This document shows positions 46,254-55,623 of a DNA stretch of 64,000 nt, one piece after another. The DNA is from Armatimonadota bacterium (GTDB taxonomy: Bacteria > Armatimonadota > UBA10988), in NCBI GenBank assembly GCA_016235455.1, contig JACRKZ010000129.1, positions 1 to 64,000 on the forward strand, read 5' to 3'. Both the position numbers and the translations under genes were made by a program. The notes below the pieces were generated by a model. It ran no database searches, was not told the origin of the DNA, and was given only the letters and a program-made list of their open reading frames with translations. Numbering within the stretch: position 1 is the stretch's first letter; the number at the start of each line of letters is the position of its first letter.

Positions 46254-48451
46254 GCGCCCCATCCGCCCAGGTTCAGCGCCTCGGTCGCGCGCACCAGCCA
46301 GGCCTCGACATCACCGTCGACGCCCTTGAGCAGCACATGACTGAGATCGATGCGGTCGGCCGGCACGGGATAGGCCAGCGCGGCCCGCGTGAAGCCCGAG
46401 ATGATCATGCGGGTGCCGGTGTCGGCCTCCACCAGCCCGGCCAGTACCTGCATGCGCTGAGCCAGGTTCACATGGTAGCCGAGCACTGTGTAGTCGCGCC
46501 GCAGTAGCGGCCCAAAGCAGCCGGACGCCACGCAGCCGGTGTTGATGCCGATGGCGGCCTCCAACACGCTGGCCCCCGTGCGGCGCCTGACCTCCTTGGT
46601 CGCTTCCATGTAGTCGATGATCTCCAGCCCGGCCCAGACCGCGGCGGTCGCGCCGTCGTCGCCGTCGCCCTCGCCGGACTCGTCGTTGGCCAGGCCGAAC
46701 ACCGCCACGACGCAGTCACCGATGAACTTGTCGACGGTGCCGCCCCAGTTCAGGATGATGCGAACCACCGGTCCCAGGAAGGCATCCACGACCTCGGCCA
46801 TGGCGTCGGGCGCCAGGGTACCCGAGATCTGGGTGGAACTGCGCATATCGACGAACATCATCGTGGCCGTGCCGAGTCCGCCGGGCTCGTCGCCGCCGCT
46901 CAACTCCATGACCGCGCGGTTGGGCAAGTACGGCTTGAGCATCTGCCTCATGCCATCCATCAGATCGAGCCCACGCAGCTCGTCGACCGCGCGCACCCAC
47001 AGGTCGCGCGAGCCCAGGAAGCCGGCGGTATCGGTGGCCGCCACCAGCTGCGCGCGGGCCTCATCGCCGCGGCCCTGGAGCCGGCAGGTGACGCCCAGGT
47101 CGAGCTGCACCGCGGCCAGCGCACGACTGGGCGCGGTCGGGTCGTGTAGTGCCAGGCTCTCGGCGAACAGCGCCGCGGCTCCCTCCAGGTCGCCGCGCGC
47201 CCGCCTCACCAGCCCGCTGGCGCAGAGCCAGTCAGCGCGGTCGAGCGGCCGGCTGGCGCTACCGGTGGTAACGCGGGCCAGCACGGCGCTGGCCTCGTCG
47301 AGCTGCTCCTGCTCCACCAGGATGCGCACCAGCAGCACGCGTGACGCGTTGGACTCGCCGCCGCGGCCCGTGGCTTCGAAGTGGTGCACGCTGGCCTCGG
47401 CCAGCTCGCGGGCCTCGGTCAGGTTGTGCATGAGGTGGTGACAGGAAGCCAACTTGCGCGTGCAGTGGCCCAACGCCTGCTGGTCGCCCTGATCACGGCT
47501 CAGGGCCAGATCCTCGGCGTAGAGCGCCAGCGCCTCGGCGTAGCGGCCCTCGCGCACGGCCAGGTCGGCGAAGCTGGATTTGCTCTTGCCCAGCTCTACC
47601 CGCAACTGGAGCCGCTCGGCCACCGCCACGCACTCGCGCAGGCACAGCCGCGCCGTGCGCAGGTCGCCCAGTTCGATGTAAGAGCGTGACAGCGACCAGT
47701 AGACGTCGTACCGACCGGGCTCATAGCCCACGCGGTCGTAGAGATCGAGCGCACGGTTCAGCGTGCGCACGGCCGAACTGTAGCGCCGGCCGAGTTCGAG
47801 CAGGATGGCCACCTGGCGGTAGTAAGCGGCACAGGTGATGGCGTGGGGCACGCGGCATAGGAGCGCGTCGATGCCCTCCAGCGCGGCCAGCGCGCCGCGG
47901 GCGTCGTCGCCGCGGAACTGCGCCAGACTGGCCGCCGTGCGCGTGATTACCATGACCAGCGCCCACTCGTCCGAGCCATCGGCCAGGTGGCGCTCAGCCG
48001 CGGCCAGCTCCTTTTCATAGAGCGCATCGGCCTCGGCGCCACGGCCCATGTCGGACAGGACGCGCGCACTGCAGACGCTGGCCAGCGCGGCGCCGACCGC
48101 GTCGTCGTGCGCCAACGCGCCACGCTCGGCGTGGGCCGCGGCGTCCAGCGCCTGGTCCCAGCGCCGGCCACGGCGCGCGAGTTCGCTGAGCAGCCGCCAG
48201 GCGCGCACGGCCCGGCGCGCGGCGGAAGGCGGCTCGGCGATGGCCGCAGCCTGCCGGAACGCTGCTTCGGACTCGGCCCATCGGCCGAGGTGCCGCATGG
48301 CGTCGCCGCGCAGGAAGTGGGACTCGCTGAGCGTGTCCGCGTCGGCCTCCTCGGCCGCCAGCGCATCGCAACACGCCAGCACCTGCTCGTGGCGTGCCGC
48401 TCGGGCCGCCGCCTGGGCGTCCTCAAGCAGCTTCGCGGTCGCCTCCGTCAT
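46250..48451 (-). CDS. TPR-repeat class III adenylate cyclase
   Basis: About 500 aa of TPR-like helical repeats, then MFVDMRSST, DKFIGDCVVAVFG, IGINTG, DYTVLGYHVNLAQRM. Confidence 0.88.
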   Translation of the reverse strand: MTEATAKLLEDAQAAARAARHEQVLACCDALAAEEADADTLSESHFLRGDAMRHLGRWAESEAAFRQAAAIAEPPSAARRAVRAWRLLSELARRGRRWDQALDAAAHAERGALAHDDAVGAALASVCSARVLSDMGRGAEADALYEKELAAAERHLADGSDEWALVMVITRTAASLAQFRGDDARGALAALEGIDALLCRVPHAITCAAYYRQVAILLELGRRYSSAVRTLNRALDLYDRVGYEPGRYDVYWSLSRSYIELGDLRTARLCLRECVAVAERLQLRVELGKSKSSFADLAVREGRYAEALALYAEDLALSRDQGDQQALGHCTRKLASCHHLMHNLTEARELAEASVHHFEATGRGGESNASRVLLVRILVEQEQLDEASAVLARVTTGSASRPLDRADWLCASGLVRRARGDLEGAAALFAESLALHDPTAPSRALAAVQLDLGVTCRLQGRGDEARAQLVAATDTAGFLGSRDLWVRAVDELRGLDLMDGMRQMLKPYLPNRAVMELSGGDEPGGLGTATMMFVDMRSSTQISGTLAPDAMAEVVDAFLGPVVRIILNWGGTVDKFIGDCVVAVFGLANDESGEGDGDDGATAAVWAGLEIIDYMEATKEVRRRTGASVLEAAIGINTGCVASGCFGPLLRRDYTVLGYHVNLAQRMQVLAGLVEADTGTRMIISGFTRAALAYPVPADRIDLSHVLLKGVDGDVEAWLVRATEALNLGGWGA

Positions 48452-48491
48452 GCCCGCATCCCCATTCGCCCGCCGGTGGTATGAGTATGCG

Positions 48492-51407
48492 TCAGTATGG
48501 CAGCGTGCGGAAGTGGACCTTGGCCTGCAGGTACCAGTCGGACGGATTGCCGCCGCCCAGATACGTGCGGTTGCCCGCGCTCAGGTCATAGGTGAACATG
48601 CGCGTCAGGAACCCGCTGTTGCGCAGTTGCACATTGACCTGGTCGCGCGCGTCGATGCCCACGCTCGAGCCCGAGATGACATCGCGCATCTGGTAGCCGG
48701 CATCCAGGTAGACCGGCCCGATGTGTACCGCCGGCCAGGCCAGCTTGGGGAACAGCTGGTCACACAGGCGGTACTCGTAACGCACCTCGGCCAGGCCGAT
48801 GGTCTGTTCGGCATGCCGGCGGGTGTAGTCAGAGCCGGTCATGTAGCTGACCAGGCCGGCGACGTTCACCGTACCGCGCGGATTAGGCAGGTAGTACCGG
48901 CCGACATACGACAGGTCGCCGTGGAAGAAGCCCAGGCTCGCGCCGAACGTGCGGTCGGAGGTGCCGATCTTGGCCTTGAGCTCCTGCTGGCCCACGCCCG
49001 GCAACAACTGCGTGCGCGTGAACCCGAGGCTGGGCCCGACAATCCACGACCGCGCCGGCGGCGGGAACAGCACGCCGCCGGCCGTGGCGAACGGGGTGTG
49101 CTCCGCCGCCTCGAATCCGAGCTGCAGCTTGTCCTTGACATAGGCGCTGGCGGCCCAGGTCACCGGCAGCTCTGCCAGCACCTCGACGCCGGACACACGG
49201 TCGGCCACGAGCAGGCCGCGCTCGAGGCGGTATGGCGGGACACGCTTGTAGATGTTTGCCGCCAGCTGCAGGTCGCTCTGGTCATTGCGATACTGCATCG
49301 AGTAGCCCATCTCATGGCTCTTGGCGCCGTACTCCAGCTCGGCGCGAAAGCGGTGCCGGCCAAGCGGATCGCCGAACTGCGAACGCACCCCCCAGGCCGT
49401 GCCCAGCCCATCGTCGTGGTTGTAGGGGCGGGTCAGGTAGTGCCCCACCCGCTCGAGCCCGCGGTAGGGCACCACATGCGGCTCGGCGCCAGGCTTGGCG
49501 GGCCCGGCGGGCCCCATGACCTGCACCGGCTGCCGGGTCGCCGGCTGCGTGCCGGCCAGCGCCGGCACCGGGCCAAGCACGGCGGCCGTGCCGCGCGCGG
49601 TGTTGGTCGGCGAGACCGTCACGGGCAGCGCGACGGGCGGCGGCTCAGGGGCGAGCGCCACCCGCAGACTGGCGGGCACACTGCGGACCTGGGCCCGACG
49701 CACCTTGAACAGGCTGACCATCAGGCGCTTGCCATCAGGCGTCCAGGCCGGATAGAACACACCGCCGGTGGTCGCGGCGGTGACCTGCGTCACGTCGCCG
49801 CCCTGCACCGGCACCGTGTAGATGTTGGTGCCCGCGCCGGACAAGCCTTCAGCCTCGCCCGCCACCGCGGCGCTGCGGCCGCTGCCGGTGGCCTGCACGC
49901 CCTGGCGATAGGACACAAAGGCCAGCGTCTTGCCGTCGGGGCTCCAGGCGGGATACTGGTCGGGCGCGGCATCGTGCGTCACTCGCCGGTAGCCGCTGCC
50001 GTCCACGCCGACCACGGCCAGGTCGGTGCCTTCAGCGTCGGTGACCGAGAACGCGACCTGCTGGCTGTCAGGGCTCCACGTCGGCGAGAAGCAGTCGCCC
50101 GACACCGACTGAGTGATGACGCGCGGGTTGCTGCCGTCGACACCCATCACCGCCACCATGGCGCGCTCGTTGCGGTAGGTGCCGAACACCACCGACTTGC
50201 CGTCGGGGCTGAACTCGCCCTCACCCACGCGCCAGCCGGCGGGCGCGATCCTGGTCGAGTGGCGCGTGCCCAGGTCGTAGACCGCCAGCACGTTGACCAC
50301 CGAGCCACGCTGGTTGCGGCTGCGCGCAACATACATCAGCTTGCTGCTGTCGGGCGACCAGGACAGCTTCCACGAGGCGTAGAGATCCAGCTTCGAGGCC
50401 ACTTGCACGCAACGCTGGCCATCGGCCGAGTAGATCCACAGGCCGGGGATCGGCTCCTCCCAGTCGCCCACGCCGTACACCGCAAACCACTTGCCGTCGG
50501 GCGACGGCCGCGCCGCCAGCGCGGCCTGCAACTGCGGCGTGGCCAGCAGGTTGCCGCTCTGCTCCACGGGATCGGCCGTGGGCAGTTGGGCGGCGTCGGT
50601 GTTGATCTTGCGCACCGCCTGGCCCACGAAATCGGCCGTACTCAGGCCGGTTGCGCTGCTGAAGGCCAGGTCCCACTGGGGCACGGTGCCGTAGCGGCTG
50701 ATGATCCGGTGGAAGACGTCGGGGCCGAAGCGCTCGGCCAGGTACACGCACATAGCGTGCCCCTGCTTGTAGACCGTGGCGGTCTCAATGACGTTGAACC
50801 GGGCATCGGCGATGTCCAGCTTGGCGCCCTCGAGCAGTTCGTGCTGCTGCGAGGCATAGAGCGCGTAGCTCACGGGCTCCGTGCGGCATTGATGGGCGAC
50901 GTACTCAGCCAGACCCTCGGTGAACCACTGCGGCTGATACTCCATGCCCGACCACTCGGTGAGCGTGCCGGCCAGGCCGCCGGCCCGGCGTAGCGCCCAG
51001 CCGTTGATCACGTGGGTGTACTCGTGCGTCAGCAGGCTGGTCAGCCAGGCCCGGCGGTCAATGCGCGCCTGGTTCATCACCGGGTTGTACAGGTAGATGA
51101 CGTGCTGCATGCGCTGGGCGAAGTTGTTCGCGCCCACGTCGTCGTAGTCGGCCAGGACCGCCGTGGTGCGTTCGCCGGGCGTGACGCCAAGCGCTTCGCA
51201 GACGCCGGGATGCACCTGCTCGGCAATCTCGGCGGCCAGACGCGCCGTGCCGGTCAGGCCGGCGTTGTAGACGATGGTGAAGTGCGGCGTGTCGAACTCA
51301 TACCACTGCACCTCGGGATGGTTGAAGCCATCGGGCAACTCGGCGCGCACCTGGCCACATACCAGCAACGCACCGGCCACCAAAGCTGCTCTGCCCCACT
51401 GCCGCAT
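48492..51407 (-). CDS. Secreted zinc-peptidase-like (HEXXH) + PD40/TolB beta-propeller protein with possible C-terminal beta-barrel
   Basis: AGGAGG upstream of ATG 51407; signal peptide; THEYTH...WFTEGLAEY; repeated (W/F)SPDG; C-terminal alternating beta-strands. Confidence 0.82.
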   Translation of the reverse strand: MRQWGRAALVAGALLVCGQVRAELPDGFNHPEVQWYEFDTPHFTIVYNAGLTGTARLAAEIAEQVHPGVCEALGVTPGERTTAVLADYDDVGANNFAQRMQHVIYLYNPVMNQARIDRRAWLTSLLTHEYTHVINGWALRRAGGLAGTLTEWSGMEYQPQWFTEGLAEYVAHQCRTEPVSYALYASQQHELLEGAKLDIADARFNVIETATVYKQGHAMCVYLAERFGPDVFHRIISRYGTVPQWDLAFSSATGLSTADFVGQAVRKINTDAAQLPTADPVEQSGNLLATPQLQAALAARPSPDGKWFAVYGVGDWEEPIPGLWIYSADGQRCVQVASKLDLYASWKLSWSPDSSKLMYVARSRNQRGSVVNVLAVYDLGTRHSTRIAPAGWRVGEGEFSPDGKSVVFGTYRNERAMVAVMGVDGSNPRVITQSVSGDCFSPTWSPDSQQVAFSVTDAEGTDLAVVGVDGSGYRRVTHDAAPDQYPAWSPDGKTLAFVSYRQGVQATGSGRSAAVAGEAEGLSGAGTNIYTVPVQGGDVTQVTAATTGGVFYPAWTPDGKRLMVSLFKVRRAQVRSVPASLRVALAPEPPPVALPVTVSPTNTARGTAAVLGPVPALAGTQPATRQPVQVMGPAGPAKPGAEPHVVPYRGLERVGHYLTRPYNHDDGLGTAWGVRSQFGDPLGRHRFRAELEYGAKSHEMGYSMQYRNDQSDLQLAANIYKRVPPYRLERGLLVADRVSGVEVLAELPVTWAASAYVKDKLQLGFEAAEHTPFATAGGVLFPPPARSWIVGPSLGFTRTQLLPGVGQQELKAKIGTSDRTFGASLGFFHGDLSYVGRYYLPNPRGTVNVAGLVSYMTGSDYTRRHAEQTIGLAEVRYEYRLCDQLFPKLAWPAVHIGPVYLDAGYQMRDVISGSSVGIDARDQVNVQLRNSGFLTRMFTYDLSAGNRTYLGGGNPSDWYLQAKVHFRTLPY

Positions 51408-51566
51408 GTGGCACCTCCTGATCCATCCACCAGCACCGTAGCGCACCAACTTACCTAGTATGGCTGCCCGACGCGGAATCCTCCAGACTGTTTTGGCCCC
51501 GCGGCCGCGGCCGCCTGGAGTTGCCGCCCAGGGGCAGGCCGCGCGGATGTCTCGCCGCGCCGCCAG

Positions 51567-51603
51567 GCGCCAGCCTCGACCGCTAAGCGGTCGGGGCTGG
51601 CGC
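51567..51603. repeat. 17-bp-arm palindrome (REP-like) in divergent intergenic region
   Basis: GCGCCAGCCTCGACCGC-TAA-GCGGTCGGGGCTGGCGC, one G-T mismatch. Confidence 0.75.
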
Positions 51604-51646
51604 GTCACCGTTCGGCGCCGATCGCCGACCTTCGCCCACGGCGCAG

Positions 51647-51675
51647 TTGACGCGCCCCAGAGCGCACACTAAGAT
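51647..51675 (+). promoter_or_regulatory. Putative sigma70 promoter for lipoprotein-xerD
   Basis: TTGACG (51647-51652), 17 bp, TAAGAT (51670-51675). Confidence 0.6.
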
Positions 51676-51698
51676 CGAGTGGTGACGGGAGAGGCGGG

Positions 51699-52175
51699 AT
51701 GCGCACACGGTTTGGCTTGGGCCTCTTGGCCCTACTCGCGGCAGCGCTGTTCGGCGGCTGCGGCAGCGGCGATCTCGGCTATCTCTACGACTTCTTTGGT
51801 AATGGCACCAGTCCTGGCGGCGGAGGCGGCGCCACGCCCGTCAACGGCGCACTGGTCGGCACGGTGTTCCAGCGCACCGTCCACGCGCCCAGCGGCGACT
51901 ACGTGCAGGTCGAGGTGCGTGACAATGGCGCCGTGGCCAACGCCGACCGTACCGCCGTCGTCGGCGCGACCGTGGCCATCGTGGCGCTGAACAAGAGCAC
52001 CACCACGAACGCGCTGGGCCGCTACCTGCTCGGCGGCATCCCCGCGGGCGACCACGACCTGACCATCACCTTGCCCACGCCGCCCGGCGGACCCGCCGGC
52101 GCCAGCGCCACATTCAAGGTCCGCGTCGTCGCCGGGCAGGTGGTCCAAGGCATCCCGGCCGCATCTGCTCGCTAG
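51699..52175 (+). CDS. Putative lipoprotein with carboxypeptidase-regulatory-like beta-sandwich
   Basis: Hydrophobic leader ending FGGC; GATVAI...STTTNALGRY.L.GIPAG.HDLTI. Confidence 0.75.
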   Translation: MRTRFGLGLLALLAAALFGGCGSGDLGYLYDFFGNGTSPGGGGGATPVNGALVGTVFQRTVHAPSGDYVQVEVRDNGAVANADRTAVVGATVAIVALNKSTTTNALGRYLLGGIPAGDHDLTITLPTPPGGPAGASATFKVRVVAGQVVQGIPAASAR

Positions 52176-52225
52176 CGAAGCGTAAATTCACGCAACCGCC
52201 ACGTCCGCCGCTTGTCCGACTCAAC

Positions 52226-53167
52226 ATGGAAGCAGCGGCCACGCATCTGCGCGACTATCTGGACGGGCTCACGGTGGAGCGCGGGCTGAGCCACAACACG
52301 TTGGCCGCCTACGACTCCGACCTGCGGCAGTTCCTCGATTTCCTCGCCGAGATGGGCCTGGAAGACCTGGCCCAGGTCGACCTGGAAACCGTCGACCTGT
52401 TCCTCAACAGCCTCTGGCAGCGCGGGCTCAAGACCCGTAGCGTGGCCCGCAAGGCCACCGCCGTGCGACGCTTCTTCCGCTTCCTGCAACACGAGAGCGT
52501 CATTCCCGCGGACATCGCCGAACGCATCCCCGTGCCGCGCAGCGGCCGGCGGCTGCCGGCGGTGTTGACCGAGGCGGAGGTCGAGTGCCTGCTCAACGCC
52601 TCGGATGCCTCGGCCTCTGAAGACGAGCACGAGCGACTACGCGGCCTGCGCGACCGCGCCATGCTCGAAGTGGCCTACGGCGCCGGACTGCGCGTCAGCG
52701 AGCTGATCGGCCTGCGCGTGGGCGACGTGGACGTGCGGCGCCGCTGGCTGCGCGTCAAGGGCAAGGGCAACCGCGAGCGCGTCGTGCCGTTGGGCAAACC
52801 GGCGATCGACGCCATCCTGACCTACATGGACCAGGTGCGCCCGCACTGGCTCAACCGCGAGTCGGGCGACCTGCTGTTCCTCACCCAGCGCGGTCAGGGC
52901 ATCTCGCGCATCGGCTTCTACAAGGTGGTGCAGCGACTCGCGCGCGACGCCGGGCTCGGCGACCGCGACCCGGCCATCAGCCCGCACACCTTGCGCCACA
53001 GCTTCGCCACGCACCTGCTCACCCACGGCGCCGACCTGCGCGCCATCCAGGAGATGCTCGGCCACGCCGATGTGGGCACCACGCAGGTCTACACACACAT
53101 CAACCGCGAGCAACTCGACTTGGTCTACCGCCGGGCACACCCGCGCGCGGTCGGCGAGTTGCTGTAG
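52226..53167 (+). CDS. xerD: Tyrosine recombinase XerD
   Basis: ERGLSHNTLAAYDSDL, RDRAMLE..YGAGLRVSEL, GKGNRERVVP, SPHTLRHSFATHLL.HGADLRAIQEMLGHAD..TTQVYTH. Confidence 0.9.
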   Translation: MEAAATHLRDYLDGLTVERGLSHNTLAAYDSDLRQFLDFLAEMGLEDLAQVDLETVDLFLNSLWQRGLKTRSVARKATAVRRFFRFLQHESVIPADIAERIPVPRSGRRLPAVLTEAEVECLLNASDASASEDEHERLRGLRDRAMLEVAYGAGLRVSELIGLRVGDVDVRRRWLRVKGKGNRERVVPLGKPAIDAILTYMDQVRPHWLNRESGDLLFLTQRGQGISRIGFYKVVQRLARDAGLGDRDPAISPHTLRHSFATHLLTHGADLRAIQEMLGHADVGTTQVYTHINREQLDLVYRRAHPRAVGELL

Positions 53168-53252
53168 CGGTGTCAGACAGAAAACGGTGTCAGGGACCTT
53201 TTCCCCGCTACGCGGGGAAAAGTTCCCTGACACCGTTTTCTGTCTGACACCG
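53168..53252. repeat. Long palindrome with 41-bp arms (REP/REPIN-like element)
   Basis: Arms 53168-53208 and 53212-53252, one mismatch, 3-nt loop; each arm contains CGGTGTCAG twice. Confidence 0.93.
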
Positions 53253-55613
53253 TTTTCGTGCTACTGCAGCTTCGCCCACGTAGAAGTCGGCATTGCAGTC
53301 CAGCCACAGCGTCAGCCGGTGCATGTCGTCGTCCGCCAGCTTGACCCCATGGTGACCCGCCTTGAGCAGCGCATACAGCCTGGCCGAACGCGCGCCGAAT
53401 GCGCCCGGCACCGTGCGCGGCTCGTTCCACAGCAGGCTGTCGAAGAACTGCACATAGGGCTTGAGGTTGACGTAAGACGTGTACCAGCCGTCGGGCTGGC
53501 GCGCCCAGTCGCCGGCACTCAGGTCGGGAGACTTGGGCGACTTGGCATGACAGTCGACGCAGGCGCGGTCGAGCACGGGCTGTACCAGCCGCGGGTAGTT
53601 GAAGGGGCGTGACCCGTCCACATCGGGCCGGATGGCCGACGGTGCGCGCTGGAAGGCGACAGGGCTCGCGGCGCGCTTGGCCGGCGTGTTGAGCCGTGAC
53701 TCGTGGCAGCCCGCGCAGACCAACTGCTCGCCCGGATGCACGTACGTATCGCTGCGCATGGTCTGCACGGCCAGGCCCTGGCTATCGAGCGCCTGGAAGA
53801 AGATCGGCGTGCCGGTCGGCGCCTCGAAGTACGCGCTGCCGTCGGCCTCCACCGGCACCGTGCCCAGCACGGCGCGCGCGCCCTTCTGGAAGCCGTGGCC
53901 GATGCGCGGGCTGCTCTCCTTCCAGGTCGTCTTGGGCAGCACCTGCATGATACGCAGCGCCGTGATGCGAGTGTCGGCCGGCCAGGCCGTCTGGCTGTCG
54001 TAGACGTTGGCCAGGCCGATGGTCGCCGGCGCTGCCGGCATGGGCTGCGCCGCCAGCGTGGCCTGGCGGGGCTGACCCACGGCCGTGGCGTGCGGCACCA
54101 CCGGCGGGGCGGTGCGTGGGCGCAGCGGGATCGGGCTGAGGCAGCTCAGCGCCGGATCGCGATAGAGCAACTCGCGATTGCCAAACGCGTCCACCAGGTA
54201 CAGCCCGAAGTTGTTCTGAGGGCCGCGCTCCATGCGGCCATCGCCGTCGTAGACGGCCAGGTAGAAGTTCTCGCTCAGCGGCCAGGCGGTACCGTACATG
54301 GTGTGGTTGCCCGGCTCGCTCTCGGGGAACAGCGCGTCGGGCGTCAGCCGGCGATAGGGTGACATGGCGTTGTCGTCGGGCACCGTTGGGTCGACCAGCA
54401 CCAGGCTGCCATAGGACTGGCCATGGTGCGCCGCGGCGGTGGCCACATAGCGGCTCGAGCCGGGGATGGCGCGAAGATGCATGGTCATCAGCGGCCGGTT
54501 CTGCCAGGCGTCGCCGTAGTTGGCGGTGAGCGCGCGGGCATCGCGGCCGTCTGGCGTGGTGATCCAGGGGTTGTGCGCCTGGAACGCGCCGCGATCGACG
54601 TAGTCCCAGCGCGTGTAGACCAGCCGGCCGTCGTGGCTCAGGCTCGGCTGCCACTCGTTGGACTCGTGGTAGCTCAGGCAGACGATGTCGGTGCCGTCAT
54701 CGAACATGGAGTGCAACGTGTAGTTGGGCTTGGGCGACGGATGGCAACGCCCGAACCCGCCGCGCCGTTCGCTGATGAAGGCCAGCCGTCCGTTGGGCAG
54801 GCAGCACGGGTCGAAGTCGTTGTACGGCCCGTCGGTGAGCTGCTCCAGACCGCGCCCGTCGAGACCAACCCGAAACAGGTGATAGGTGGTGGTATCGGTC
54901 CACTGGTACTTGAGCGGATCGGCCTGAGTGTAAGCGAAGTAGACCGTCTGGCCATCGAACGACAGCTCGGGCGACAGGTAGCCGCCCGGCGGCAGCTTGG
55001 CGCCGGCCAAGCGGCCCTTGACCACGGTCGATGTCGCCAGCAGGTCGCGCACGGCCGGCTGGTCGGAGAAGGCGCCGTCCAGCACGAACACGCCGCCAGC
55101 CTTGGCCACATTGAAGCCGTAGTACTGCTGACACATGTGGTTGCCGGCATCCTCGGTGCCAACCAGGCACGGCCGCTTGACGAACAAGATGCGCTGGAAA
55201 TCGAGCAGCGGATTGCGGAAGGCGATCCTACGACGCAGCTCGGCCGCCCGTGCGTAGACCCCTTGGCGCGCCGCCAGGTCACCGGGCACGATGCCGCGCG
55301 CCTCGGCCTCAAGCCGCGCCAGCGCCGCGTCATCGGCGCGCGGATCTACCTTCGCGCTCAGCGCCTCAAGCAACACGCGCGTGCGGCGCAGCAGCACATC
55401 CAGCGGGTCGCGGTCGCCGCGCGCGATGAGCGCCGCGCGATGGTAGACCTGCGCCGCCAACGTCGCGGCCCGCGCCGGATCCTTGGCCGCATCGGCGATC
55501 AGCGCCGTGGTCTGACGCCATTGGGCCGCCTGCTCATCGGCCAGAGGTCCCGCCGTGGCCCAGGTCATACCCAGCAACCCGGCCAGCAGGTACAGCGTAC
55601 GGCTTCGCATCAT
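53208..55613 (-). CDS. Secreted hydrazine synthase alpha-like beta-propeller protein with two CxxCH motifs (paralog of 10452..13430)
   Basis: DRDPLDVLLRRTR, YNDFDPCCLPNG, YTRWDYVDR, HHGQSYGSL, YGTAWPLSE, VQTMRS, CAGCH, CVDCH, WLDCN. Confidence 0.85.
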   Translation of the reverse strand: MMRSRTLYLLAGLLGMTWATAGPLADEQAAQWRQTTALIADAAKDPARAATLAAQVYHRAALIARGDRDPLDVLLRRTRVLLEALSAKVDPRADDAALARLEAEARGIVPGDLAARQGVYARAAELRRRIAFRNPLLDFQRILFVKRPCLVGTEDAGNHMCQQYYGFNVAKAGGVFVLDGAFSDQPAVRDLLATSTVVKGRLAGAKLPPGGYLSPELSFDGQTVYFAYTQADPLKYQWTDTTTYHLFRVGLDGRGLEQLTDGPYNDFDPCCLPNGRLAFISERRGGFGRCHPSPKPNYTLHSMFDDGTDIVCLSYHESNEWQPSLSHDGRLVYTRWDYVDRGAFQAHNPWITTPDGRDARALTANYGDAWQNRPLMTMHLRAIPGSSRYVATAAAHHGQSYGSLVLVDPTVPDDNAMSPYRRLTPDALFPESEPGNHTMYGTAWPLSENFYLAVYDGDGRMERGPQNNFGLYLVDAFGNRELLYRDPALSCLSPIPLRPRTAPPVVPHATAVGQPRQATLAAQPMPAAPATIGLANVYDSQTAWPADTRITALRIMQVLPKTTWKESSPRIGHGFQKGARAVLGTVPVEADGSAYFEAPTGTPIFFQALDSQGLAVQTMRSDTYVHPGEQLVCAGCHESRLNTPAKRAASPVAFQRAPSAIRPDVDGSRPFNYPRLVQPVLDRACVDCHAKSPKSPDLSAGDWARQPDGWYTSYVNLKPYVQFFDSLLWNEPRTVPGAFGARSARLYALLKAGHHGVKLADDDMHRLTLWLDCNADFYVGEAAVARKRCQTENGVRELFPA

Positions 55614-55623
55614 CGCCCGGTCC

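Noticed and set aside
52226-53252. Integron or prophage integrase with an attC-like hairpin
   Set aside because: The protein has XerD-type motifs and no evident IntI-specific insertion. There are no cassettes or phage genes, and the palindrome lacks attC RYYYAAC/GTTRRRY ends.
10452-55613. Anammox signature (HZS-alpha-like genes plus ladderane-like KS/CLF pair)
   Set aside because: No hzsB/hzsC, hydroxylamine-oxidoreductase-like or ladderane radical SAM genes in the window. The context is heterotrophic sugar use, and both families are known outside anammox bacteria.
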